This document shows, one piece after another, positions 12,995 to 24,967 of a stretch of 43,451 nucleotides of DNA. The stretch is from Nemertoderma westbladi (lineage: Eukaryota; Animalia; Xenacoelomorpha): contig JAUCBJ010004703.1 of assembly GCA_032718475.1 (NCBI GenBank), positions 1 through 43,451 of the forward strand, in the 5' to 3' direction. The notes below the pieces were generated by a model, which had not been told where the DNA came from, did no database searches, and saw only the letters and a program-made list of their open reading frames with translations. Within the stretch, counting starts at the first letter, position 1. Every line of letters begins with the position of its first letter. The translations under genes and the position numbers were made by a program.

Positions 12995-13533
12995 GTAAGA
13001 TCTAAGATTCAGGTGATTTCAACTGTATTCGTTTTATTATTATTAAATAACTTATTTACTTTGTAAACATGTTACTTACTATCCAGTTATGTGCTTGTAA
13101 AACCTGGAAAAAGTTATATTACGGTAATTATTATTTAAAGCAATAAATTATATATTTATGTAACATTAATAAGTAATATAAATATCAAAGAAGTGTGACA
13201 CTCTATTGTTGAGTTGATCCAGCTTACAATGTTTATGCATATTTGATTTTGAATTTGACATTGACTTTGAAGATGTCTACATACAAATCGATCAATGCTG
13301 TTTTAATGAGCTTATTCTGGTGGTAACGAGAAATGTCGATTATTCTAGATATTCCTATTATTTCTATTTGCAAATCTTGCAAATTTGCTTTTATCTTTCT
13401 GCGTTAATATTGAGCATATAATATGACCTTCACCTTTTGTGTAATATATCAATAAATATTATCTGTAATCTTATTTTGAATGTTTCTTTCTACACCCAAT
13501 AAATCGACCATTGTGATCAATCGTTCAAATGAG

Positions 13534-13573
13534 CTAGAGGTCGCATAGCCTACCAAGGCTATGCGACCTCTAG
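13534..13573. repeat. Perfect hairpin, 18-bp stem CTAGAGGTCGCATAGCCT with 4-nt loop
   Basis: The arms are exact reverse complements. Confidence 0.9.
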
Positions 13574-14329
13574 AAGTGCATTTAGAGTATATAAAACACC
13601 ACATCATTAACATCAACAACTTCCCCCACCGTGGGGAATGCCTTAATCTCAAACAAATAGGGAAAAATGTATCCGGGGTAATTTTTTTACCAAACCTCAC
13701 CCATCGCCATGTAGAGGGTATGTCATGCTAATTCATTGTCAAAATGTGGCATAATTTTGACACACCCAACCCCCCTCCGCCTCCCACCAAACTCCCAAAG
13801 ATTCAATGACAAATTGACCCCTGGATATGGCAATTTTGGAATAGTAGTTATGGTTTCATTTTACGTTTGTGATTGTACTTTTCCCACCGCCCAATCCCCA
13901 CCCCTTCCACACGCGATTAGGGATGGGGGGACTGGATGGGCACTAAAACTATTCCCATACACTATACATATTGCTATACTACACACAGCAGTCAACTGTT
14001 AGCAATTAAGAGTAGGATGTAAATATACATTATATTAAGGGCGTTGCCTAAACATACCGGCTGTACTTGTCGTTGGTACTGTTCTTCGTCGCTTCAGTAC
14101 AGTAGTCCTACACCCTACACACACATTACACATCACCGCGATGAAGAATAGGCCTAGGCCCATTCTTTGTTGCGAAGCAACTTTAAAGCAGTTATTAGTT
14201 GATGTGATATCTGTGAATGTGAAGTGAATGTATATATATCGATAGTCTCTCTATATGGGATGCGATGTAAGTAAATGGGATCAAAAGATCTAAATATTTT
14301 ATAATTTATGGAAGTAAAGTAACTATATA

Positions 14330-14570
14330 TAGCTTGGTATAGCTCGGTATATAGGTCGGTGTTAGCTCGGTATAGGTCGGTGTAGCTCTGTATTGTATTG
14401 TTCTAGCTCGGTATAGGTCGGTATGGGCCGGTGTTAGCTCGGTGAAGGTCGGTGTTGCTCTTTATGCATTGTTATAGCTTGGTATAGGTCGGTATGGACC
14501 GGTGTTAACTCGGTGTAGGTCTTTATTGTATTGTTATAGCTCGCTATGGGTCGGTATAGCTCTTTATTGC
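14330..14570. repeat. Degenerate minisatellite (AGCTCGGTATAGGTCGGT-type subunits, about 60-bp higher-order period)
   Basis: Repeated GCTCGGTATAGGTCGG motifs. Confidence 0.8.
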
Positions 14571-14744
14571 ATTGATGTCAGTATAACTTTTAGTACATAG
14601 TACATACCTACCATCCTACATGTTGTCACAGTGACTCTCTCAGTGAGTCACACAGCTTGGCTAAGGGGCTTTTACTGCCTTTGACTTTAATGTATAGCAT
14701 AGCTTTAATGCATAGCGGCCTGGTCACATACATTAATGTCTAAT

Positions 14745-15420
14745 GTGGGACACAAACATTAATGAGGGACACAAACATTAATCAGGGACACACATTAATC
14801 AGGGACATACATTAATCAGGGACACACATTAATCAGGTACAGAACTATTAATCATGGACATACATTACTCCAGGGTCACAAACATTAATGAGAGGCACAA
14901 CCACACACATTAATAAGGGACACAAACAATAAAAAGGGACAAATATTAATCAGGGACACAAACATTAATAAGGGACACAAACTTTAATAAGGGACACAAA
15001 CATTAATGAGGGACACATATTAATGAGGGACACACATTAATCAGGGACACACATTAATCAGGAACAGAAACATTAATCATGGACATACATTACTCCAGGG
15101 TCACAAACATTAATGAGAGGCACAACCACACACATTAATAAGGGACACAAACAATAAAAAGGGACAAATATTAATCAGGGACACAAACATTAATAAGGGA
15201 CACAAACTTTAATAAGGGACACAAACATTAATGAGGGGTACAAACATTAATCAGGGGCACAAACATTAATAAGGGACACAAACTACAATAAGGGGCACAA
15301 ACAATAAAAAGGGACAAATATTAATCAGGGACACAAACATTAATAAGGGACACAAACTTTAATAAGGGACACAAACATTAATAAGGGACACACATTAATG
15401 AGGGACACACATTAATCAGG
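14745..15420. repeat. 18-20-bp minisatellite (AGGGACACAAACATTAAT)n with a higher-order duplication of about 230 bp
   Basis: The unit is visible. The variant block ATGGACATACATTACTCCAGGGTCACA occurs near 14854 and 15079. Confidence 0.9.
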
Positions 15421-15600
15421 TTGGGAATTGAAACAAACTTAGTAGTAGATGGAAAATTTAGAAAATTTGTAAAGTTTGGTGAAAAATAATGCAGTCTGAC
15501 GACAGATTATGTGTTTTAAGGAAATCTTAAATTTCTCGGGAACGCCACATTTTTCCAGTGCTGAGATTTTGGTTGCTTCTAGAAATCCAATGGTTGCTTG

Positions 15601-15650
15601 TAGAAATCCAATGGGATCTTCTCGCGGAAGTTCGAATCCTAACCGCGTCA
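15601..15650 (+). pseudogene. 3' half of a tRNA-Ser(AGA)-like sequence (pseudogene or SINE remnant)
   Basis: TAGAAATCCAATGGGATCTTCTCGCGGAAGTTCGAATCCT resembles metazoan tRNA-Ser (CTAGAAATCCATTGGGGTCTCCCCGCGCAGGTTCGAATCCT), including the long variable arm and T-loop. The D arm and 5' acceptor strand are missing. Confidence 0.55.
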
Positions 15651-15939
15651 ATATTATTTTGCATGTTTTTTAATAAGTTCTTGAAACCAAAGAATAATTC
15701 TGTCAATTATTGATGAAATTAAACTAAACCACACTTGGTAAACATGTGGTCTGTCAAAGGTTTAGAAAGATTCTGTAGTTTTGTCAAAAATCAAACAGCC
15801 TATCTGTCGGTTCCAGTAGTTTCAGACTTTGATAAAAACCTAAATAAATTGGTCAGTCATATTGCTGAAATTAAACCACACTTGGTAAGTACGCAGTCTC
15901 GTGCTCCGCGAAGGCCCCGCGAAACTGTACCATGTACGA

Positions 15940-16308
15940 ATACACAGACATACTTTACTACACCCAGACATACTTTACTACACCCAGTCACCCAGACATA
16001 GGCCTACTTTACTACACCCAGACATACTTTACTACACCCAGTCACCCAGACATAGGCCTACTTTACTACACCCAGACATACTTTACTACACCCAGTCACC
16101 CAGACATAGGCCTACTTTACTACACCCAGACATACTTTACTACACCCAGACATACTTTACTACACCCAGTCACCCAGACATAGGCCTACTTTACTACACC
16201 CAGACATACTTTACTACACCCAGACATACTTTACTACACCCAGACATACTTTACTACACCCAGTCACCCAGACATAGGCCTACTTTACTACACCCAGACA
16301 TACTTTAC
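15940..16308. repeat. 20-bp minisatellite (CACCCAGACATACTTTACTA)n with a 54-bp higher-order unit
   Basis: The unit is visible and explains the repetitive ORFs at 15901 and 15932. Confidence 0.92.
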
Positions 16309-16644
16309 TTTGTCGTGGGTATTTACTTTGCTCCTTTCTCCATTGCAACTAGTCGCAAGTAATATTTATGTTTCTACCAGTGCTGTTATAGATCCAATCC
16401 ATGTATGGTACACAATGAGAAATATTAATTTATAAAAAATAATATCCTGTTCGATAACATATTAATTTCTGTCTGCTGTTGAACTACATCTAACACAACT
16501 GCCATCCATTATACAGTAGATTATACAGAGGCAATTCCCTCTTACCATGCGTGCGATGCAGCTGTTAGTGCAGTGGTAATGTATTACAGTTCTACTTAGA
16601 AAGTAAAGACGATAACATTAGCAGCTGCATTATATATATTACAT

Positions 16645-17370
16645 ATATTAAGAATGCCTTGCCGGCTTGTCGACAAAATTGCGCCGCCACAACTCCCTAT
16701 CACCCATGACATTTGCTAAATCATCCGCATCTTCAAGACCAGTGTCCTTTAAGATGCGTCTCAAGAAAGTCCACCCTGCTTATTCACTCCATGAGGCCCC
16801 CAAAGCACAAGGTTATGCACTGGCTGGACCTCACGGCGAAAGCAATGTCCTGCAAAGCGGGGGCGGTACCGTTCAAGTGCCATGCTAGGGGAAACTAATG
16901 GAACACCTCAAATGTTCTATAGAGTTTGATTGGAGATGTGTGCATTCTACTTCACACCGTGAACCCGACGCAGCATTCTTGTGAAAGTGCCATCCAGAGA
17001 TTTGGTATCCTCTGCAGTTAGAGCCCAGCATGGACTCCCATATAAGAGTACAGGTACTACTACTGCCATAAATAATTGAACCTTAAGGTTCCGTTTTATT
17101 CTATTATATCTTTTTGTTGGGCACAGCATTTGCAAAGTCGGCAATGACATTCAGGTGGGATCGAACTGGTGACCTCCGGGTTGTAAGTCTGACGCTCTAA
17201 TCATTCTAACCATTTTATTCTATGGGACTTCCAAATCCTTGACAGACTATTTAACGCTGCCCATGCCCGCCCCTTACATATCCGAAGGTCGTCACCTGAC
17301 TTTCTTATCCATGATCCCAAGTATCAGAAGTCATCCACGTGCTCAAGCAAACCGTCCCAAGATCTTATGC
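16645..17370 (-). mobile_element. RTE-like LINE 3' portion (ORF C-terminus), degraded, inside the TAM kinase intron
   Basis: Minus strand encodes YLGSWI...KGRAWAALNSLSRIWKS, VPVLLYGSPCWALTAEDTKSLDGTFTRMLRRVHGV and ILKDTGLEDADDLANVMGDRELWRR. Same family as 2300-3075 and 24680-24967. Confidence 0.8.
17152..17210 (-). mobile_element. tRNA-derived SINE head interrupting the LINE fragment
   Basis: Minus strand TTAGAGCGTCAGACTTACAACCCGGAGGTCACCAGTTCGATCCC is tRNA-like with a B-box, but the stems pair poorly. Confidence 0.45.
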
Positions 17371-17563
17371 CATTACCTTGTTCGGTGACTGTAATATGGA
17401 TGTAGGTAGATTACGAATAGTGAAAACGATAAGTTTTGTGTCGCAAACGGAACAGACTGACTAAATAGTTTATTTCACAGGATTATTATATTTTATTATT
17501 ATACATATTATATGTATGATCGTCGGACGAGAACTAATGTTTACTGTTTTTAAATATTCCTAG

Positions 17564-20532
17564 ATGACATAGTAATTCAATATCCGGCAGAGAAACAATT
17601 GTTGAAGATTCTCCAGTTCAAATCGACATATAGTATGCCTTGTGTGGTCAGCTACCCTATACGGGACAGTGAGGTCGTCCAGTTGCTATGGATGCACAAC
17701 GGATTGAAAATGGAAGTGCGTGAATTCGACCTGAACTTTGAATATCTAGAGTCGGACTATCCTTGGGAACAGAAAACATCGATTGAAAAAAAATCAGAGG
17801 GGGTAAAACAAATTGCAAGCGTGTTGCATGTGAAGGCAGATAAAGAGAGCGAAGGAGCCTACTGGTGCCAAATTATTTACGCCGGTGTGAAAAAATCCAG
17901 TTACAAGTATCGAATGATAACAACCGGTCCGCCTAAGTTTATTGAGCGTCCGAGTGACATGAGCGTGAGACCTGGTGAGGCCTTCCAACTCAAGTGCAGT
18001 GCGCAGGGGCCACCGGAAGTGACGTCATATTTGTGGACAGTTACAGACCTCGTCACGAAAATAAAAAACGAGGGAGATTTAAATATTGTCCGATTCAGAA
18101 GCGCTCCCAACGACTTCTCCACCGATGATCGCGGCATCATTGGCGAGACATTGAAGATGGAATTCGGAGTGCAAAATAAAACCAAAATCACTTGCCAAGC
18201 CTTCAATAAAAACGACGGTGAATCCAAAATACACGCAATCATAAACATCAAAGTAATTGCCGACATCCCAAGTAAATTAAAAGTGACCAATGAGACAGAT
18301 TCATCCGTTTATATCAGCTGGTTGCGTGGCAGCGATGGTCACGCAAACGACTTGAAGTGGAACTACGAATTGTGGATCACGGAATCGCGGGGTGTTCATC
18401 GGGTGCAGTTCAACCGGTCCTGGGATACCGGCGTAATCCCGTGGATCGTCGACGAGGAGCAACCCAATGGTAGGTTCGCCCACAGGTTCCTCCATCTTAA
18501 GCCCTACTCCTCCTACAAGCTGAGGCTCAACGCCCGCAACGAGATGGGCGTGTCAAATTGGTCCGAATGGAATTCATTCGCGACCCTGGAAGGTGTGCCC
18601 ACTGATTCTGTTACCGGACTCAAGGTGGCGCCACACAACCGCACACACTACCTAGTTAGTTTCGATCCACTACGCGAAGAGTTGTTCAACGGCGACCTTA
18701 AAGGCTACAAAGTACGAGTCGCCCTCATCGAGAACGATACAGATAACGTGATTACTCTAACCACCACCAAGGCCTTCATTGAGATGGCCCACGATCAACG
18801 TTACAAGGTCCAGGTTGCGGGATATACCCGGGCCGGAGTGGGGTCCTGGAGTAAGGCCTTCATTGTATACAAAGGCAAGGTAGAGGAAGAGGAAGACGGC
18901 TTCTTACGTCCCGGGGGCAACGATAAGCAGCAGACTTTCTTCACTAGCAATCTCCACTACATCATCCCTAGCATCGTCGGTGGGATTTTATTCGCCTTTC
19001 TCGCCGGATGCTTGTTTATGTACTGCTCGAAGCGGCGCAACGGTAAACACGCTTTAATTCTGAAAGCGAGTAAATCGTATAGACGCGGGAGATCCCGGGA
19101 GATGACGGTCTTGAGTGTCGGCAACGACATGGCGGTTGCCTTAGAAACGTTGGAGTTGAGTGACACACTAAAGGAAAACCTAGAAAGCGTTCTCATAGAT
19201 AGGAGTCTAATAGAGTTGGGAAGGAAGCTGGGAGAGGGTGAGTTTGGGTGCGTCGTCGAAGGACATCTGAGACGCGGCACAGAAACCAGCGTGGTCGCCG
19301 TGAAAACTATTAAAAACATAACATCTCGCCAAGAACTCTTGCAGTTCATCTGCGAGGGAATCGTCATGAAAGACTTCAGACATCCCAACGTGTTGAGTCT
19401 TATTGGAGTTTGTCTGGAGGAAGACCGCGCATCCAATCTTGTGAAGCCGCTGGTAATACTTCCCTTTATGAAGCACGGCGATGTGCACACCTACCTGGCG
19501 CACATACGCAATGGCGACATTAAAGAGTATGTTCCCGTGCAGAAACTCATCGAGTTCTGTATCCAGATCGCCGAAGGGATGGCCTATCTCTCGGAACACA
19601 ACTTCGTTCACCGGGATATCGCGGCTAGGAACTGCATGCTGGACGACAATTTCATCGTGCATGTGGCCGATTTCGGGTTGTCGAGAAAGATTTACGCTGA
19701 GAACTATTACCGACAGGGTAGTACCGCGAAAGTGCCGGTCAAGTGGCTGGCCATAGAGAGTCTAGTGGACCGAATCTATACGACGCAGAGCGACGTGTGG
19801 TCATTCGGGGTCACGATGTGGGAGATCACGACTTTGGGTCAGCAACCCTACCCGGGGGTTGCCAATCACGAGGTCTACGATTTCCTGCAGCGCGGAATTC
19901 GGCTGCGGCAGCCTCTCAACTGCCCCGACTCGCTGTACTCGCTAATGTGCAGCTGTTGGCTGGTGAACCCGCTGAAGCGTCCGAGATTTTCCGCGCTCTC
20001 CGCGTTGTTAAACGAGATCCTTCGCAATCTCGGGCCGCCACCGCCACCGTCGCAGAATTACTTGTACGAGAATAACGATCGGGCTACCGTTGTCTCGTTG
20101 CACGAGTCGCCGTCCACAGGTTCCTCGGAGGAGTCGATGGAGGCTCTACCTGTGGAGGCGCGTAGTTGGGAAGAGTCGGTTGCCATTAGTCGCTTCGGAC
20201 CGGCTATGTGTCATTCACCTAGACGATTCTCCCCAAATCTCAGCGGCGAAACGGAATCACCTCGGGTTCCGGTTAAACTCGGTCGCAGCGGATTCGTCGC
20301 GGATTTAGTTCCGGTCTTCCGGAAACGGTTGAGTCCGCCCGGAGACGAGGAATCCTTTGGTTCGTCGAGCGGTGTCGGGGTTAGTGCGCCCGAGAGCGGC
20401 ACCGACTCGGCTGAGGGAGTCGCTCTGCTACCTGGGGACTCTGCGAAACTCCTTCACCAGCCACGTAGTAATTGTGCTATCAACAGACCGTCAACGAAGG
20501 TGCTATACGCATCCAATGAAACCACAGTTTGA
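17564..20532 (+). CDS. TAM-family (TYRO3/AXL/MERTK-like) receptor tyrosine kinase, single 2969-nt exon 2: 2 Ig, 2 FN3, TM, kinase
   Basis: Ig cysteine motifs (EGAYWC, LKCSAQG...ITCQA), FN3 motifs (LKPYSSYKLRLNARNEMG, YKVQVAGYTRAGVG), TM IIPSIVGGILFAFLAGCLFMYC, kinase motifs LGEGEFG/VAVK/HRDIAARN/DFG, activation loop KIYAENYYRQG and the TAM signature KWLAIES. Acceptor actaat...ttttaaatattcctag|AT. Confidence 0.93.
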
Positions 20533-20870
20533 CGGATACCTACTCCAAATTCGCGTTCACATTAATTAAAATTTTTTTTAATTAATGCTAACTAATCATT
20601 ATTTTTAAAAATTATATTAATTACGTGGTTGGAAGCAGTTACATGAATGAATATTAATTTCTCAATTCTTGCAAAAAAGTTTTTCGCTATTCTCGGGGCA
20701 TTTTATTTTCCGAGCGTCAGCGACGTTAATAAAGGATAGAGAAATATTTAAAAATAACGGTTTTTTCCCATGTAATACGTAATTTTATTCTAAAAAAAGT
20801 TTTATTATTTTTTGTTGCTCAATTCATTAATAAAAGATGGAACGATATAGTGTTACAAAATAATTTGAAC

Positions 20871-21100
20871 TTAAATTAAATTAAAGACATTAAATTTAAA
20901 TTAAAGAAATTAAATTTAAATTAAAGAAATTAAATTTAAATTAAAGAAATTAAATTTAAATTAAAGAAATTAAATTTAAATTAAAGAAATTAAATTTAAA
21001 TTAAAGAAATTAAATTTAAATTAAAGAAATTAAATTTAAATTAAAGAAATTAAATTTAAATTAAAGAAATTAAATTTAAATTAAAGAAATTAAATTTTAA
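20871..21100. repeat. 20-bp AT-rich minisatellite (TTAAAGAAATTAAATTTAAA)n, about 11 near-perfect copies
   Basis: Directly visible. Confidence 0.95.
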
Positions 21101-22599
21101 GTTAAATTAATTTTAATTAAATTAAGTTAATTAAATTATACTAAACGTAAATTAATCTAAATATTTAACTTATTAAATTGTTATATTTAAAATTAAACTT
21201 ATTTTACTTTTTTCGTCGGGAAAATAGTTTAAATCATTTCAATCTTCTCGGTTACTTTGGGAGTTCCGCTGAGTCATTTTTGTCACGATTTTGGGGTATA
21301 TTCGAGCAAAAAGTAACAATTAAAGAATAAAATTAATTATAATTATTATGCTCGACTAAAAAATGAAAAAAGCTCATTATTTTTTACAATTTTTACAGCT
21401 GAAGGTGTTCGAGTATGAAAATGAAAATATTACTTACCGGTACTCTATGTAATCCATGTACATGAATTACATTGACAATGAATGTAACTGCTTGCACCAA
21501 TTTACAATAATGAATATTATATATAATTTTGATTTTATTAATTTTACCCTAATTATAATTACAATACGATGACTGACTGTATTATTTTTATAGTGGAAGC
21601 CTTACCACCTTTTGTAGACTTTTTGTGTAAATACGTTAACCATCCACAACAAGTAACTTAATTTTAACTAAGTAATTTTTAATGTAATTTGGGAGGTATT
21701 TTAGTTTGCTAATTAATCGCTTATTATTTGGTATAATAAATTACATCAACATAATTATATACCTAGAACTATTGAGGTTCGGATATTTTGTGTTATTATT
21801 TGCATTAAACAAATTGACGAGAAGAGGAAATAATATTTTACTACCTTTTTGGCAGAAAGTAAAAAAGATATTACTTACAATTAGAAATGTATTAATTATT
21901 AATAATCATTATAATAATTTATAATAAATATAATAACAAATTATCCACTAAATGAAAAAATTAATATACATTAAGCAAATAAATAATAATAATAATTAAT
22001 TAAGGCAAATAAACCACAACTAAAAAAGTGCGACTTTTTCACTCGTGTAGTAAAGTTTATGTTTAATATCCGGCATAATCTTCCGGATATCCGACCCGGC
22101 GGGATATCATAAATTAATATCCGGTGCAATCCCCCCCCCCCCCCCCCATATCACTAGATTGGGTTTGTTTTATTGAGGTGGCGATAGTTATAGTTAGTCC
22201 GATAATATTCGTGTCTAGTTGAACCAGTTTAGTCTCCTTTCTGTTGTTGTACCCAACGTTGACTTGTGTTAATGTATTTATCTCGATGTCAAACAATAAG
22301 ATATCCGTTAGAATATTCCTTGGTGGCTCTTGCAATATTTATCTCCAGTTACATAATCTCCATAATCTCCATAATTTACAAAAAGCATCACTTTATACTT
22401 GTATAGATGCAAAAATATTAATATTGGATGGGATATCATAAATTATTAGTAAACTAATGGATATAGTCACATAGGTTGGCTTCCAAAACTCAGGTGCTAT
22501 TATTATCGTTTACTACTGTTTGTATACTATACTGATAATGATGGAATTTTTTTGGACTAATGAGTAAAAATTATTGCTGTAATAATTTTTGTATTATTT

Positions 22600-22830
22600 T
22601 GGTAATGTGGTTACATTCCTGGGCTTCGAATTAGGAAGCCCTGGTTCGATCCCTAGATGGGGCAGCACTGTTTGGGCACAGTACAGCCTAGCCCAACCAT
22701 GGCGCTTTCATCCTTCAGTGGTCGATAAATGGGAACCAAGGCAACTAGGGAAAAAGAGTGAAAGGGTTTATTGTGGAAGATCACCCATGGTGGTCAACTA
22801 GAATTCCTTGGCTTAACGAGCCTAAAAGAT
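22600..22830 (+). mobile_element. tRNA-derived SINE with a conserved central domain
   Basis: A-box-like TGGTAATGTGG, B-box GGTTCGATCCC (22643-22653) and central CTTTCATCCTTCAGTGGTCGATAAATGGG, which resembles Meta/Nin-type SINE cores. The exact superfamily needs a SINEBase/Dfam search. Confidence 0.7.
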
Positions 22831-23604
22831 TATCCAATTCATTTTTATATTATTGGTCTGACGATTGTACTATAAACATTCACATTATCACATTGCATTT
22901 TATTCTTAAATATAAATATAATATAAAACTATTAGTATATAATTGGTATACCGAACGGATGGCTATTACTTGTTTTATACGCGAAATATTGACTTCGCGT
23001 TCTTGAATTGCGGAAATTAGCGACATTCTGCAGCAAAACTACTGTACGTCAGCTGGTGTAGCGGAAATCTCACCTTTATATGTCCTGTCCATTACACACC
23101 AGCTAGGGTGCGTTTTTAAACGTTATTCTCGTTATTCATTCCTGTGCTTATAGATTATAGTAATCCTAAGCTAATAATAAAGTATTTTATTAAAAAATGT
23201 CCTTATTTCTTAACGGGATTAAACATAAAACATTACAATGTACATTTAGTAGCGAAGGATACATTGCAGGTCCTATACTAGTAACTCTTCAATTAATCTA
23301 AATATGAAACATGAAATTGATTTACGGCAGTATTATTATTATTTTAGGAGCTATGACCAACAAGTAGATTGTGCGACACTGACAATACAAATCTTTAAAA
23401 ATGCTAACGTTTGGCTGCGTGGGAGACATTTTGTAATATTAGCTGTCCAAACATTATTTAATTTTTACAATCTAAATCTGTTATTTCTCACAATAAAATT
23501 TGAATATTTCCACCAAAAATCTACACTTTTTTAACAATAGAAATTTCATGCTGTTTTTCATTAGCAACCGTTTCGTTTAATTTTGATATAATGCAACATA
23601 CATA

Positions 23605-23749
23605 CATACTAGTTGCAAAGTACTTTACAGTGTTCTGATCCAAGCATCTTTATTTATCCTAACTTTATTTACTCTAACTCACTACATTCGTCTGTGTAAC
23701 AAACCACTTGGATCAGAACACTGTAAAGTGTTACTTTCACAGAAGTATG
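23605..23749. mobile_element. Small MITE-like inverted repeat
   Basis: Perfect 23-bp arms ACTTTACAGTGTTCTGATCCAAG (23622-23644 and 23707-23729), extending imperfectly to CATACT...AGTATG. Confidence 0.65.
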
Positions 23750-24679
23750 CAAATATAAATATTCTTAGATTAGGTACAGGTAAACATCATGACGCATTTA
23801 CGTGCCATTGTGACACACTATTCTGCATACAATAATCACCCACTTGGTATAAGTTTAAAATAATACCCTATGTTTATTTTGTGGTTGTATTTTTCTCATA
23901 TGGTTTCATGTCATATTTTAATTAATGGTCATTTATTTATTGAATTTGGTTGTTTTAATTGCTTTTTAAAGGTTTAAAATATCTCAATTACCCATTATAT
24001 TATTGCATTGCACAATAACAGCTTATAATTACGTATATTATTGCTCAGTTCGCCTTTTATGTGTGTGTATGGTGTAAAAGTAATTATATTACCTTTACTA
24101 TACTCTAGGCCATAATACTAGAAGTTATAATTCTTTATGAAATTATACTTATTTTTAACAATTATTATAAGTAACGCGATTGAACTAATATAACCGACCT
24201 ATCGTTGAAAATGAACGGGAAGGGGGGGGGGGGGGGGGGGGGGTCTGATTGACGCTGAATGTTGTAAAAGTAAATGTAAATTTTTGCTATTGACTTGAAA
24301 TTATTAAATTGAAAATAATCGTTTTAAGAAATTGAATTATAAATAAAAATCCCAAAGTTTAATATATAAAACCCTTCCATGTCCACTTCTCCTATAGGCA
24401 ATCTATGCCCGAGCACGCGCCCTCTGGGTCCTCTCTCTCTTAGCTACGCAAACTACAACAGCTCACCTCGTCAATAACAAAATGTCAATCCCAAAATGAA
24501 ACCCCTATCGCCAATAGAACGGCTAGAGATAAAAAAAAAAGTACAGCATTACGCAATGCCGTGATTCCAAATCGGTAAACATCTGCTAGTTTGTTCTCTT
24601 GCATATTGTCGCATATTGTTGTGATCCTTGGATCTATCCATAATCGGCATGCTGCATTGCATCTGCATTAGGAAAGCTA

Positions 24680-24967
24680 GGAAAATTGCGCCACTACAAC
24701 TCCGTACCCCCATGACCTTTGCGAAATTATCCGCATCTTCAACGTCAGTGTCCTTTAAAGTTATGGGCTGTCCTGTCCAGTCCACCGTGCTTATTCTCCC
24801 CAAGATGGAAGATGCTGCACTGGCAAGAGTGAAACTGCTGAAGCAATGCTATGACTCCAAGGAGTACCGGTACAGTCTAAATAATCGAACAAGATTCCGA
24901 TGTATTTTATGTGACTTCCAAATCCTGGACGGGCTGTCCAGGATTTGGAAGTCACATAAAATACATC
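24680..24967 (-). mobile_element. Internally deleted RTE-like LINE 3' fragment ending in a fold-back inversion
   Basis: Minus strand TLKDTDVEDADNFAKVMG matches 16690-16760, and SRIWKSHKIHRNL matches the other copies. Perfect 32-bp inverted repeat at 24899-24967. Confidence 0.75.

Noticed and set aside
15901-16362. HPDILYYTQSPRHRPTLL repeat ORF as an extra TAM exon
   Set aside because: Minisatellite translation. Exon 12928-12994 already joins 17564 in frame to give a complete TAM architecture.
17794-20569. Overlapping alternative-frame and antisense ORFs in the kinase exon, and likewise 27135-28760 in FBXL13
   Set aside because: Shadow ORFs of real GC-richer coding sequence with no recognisable motifs.
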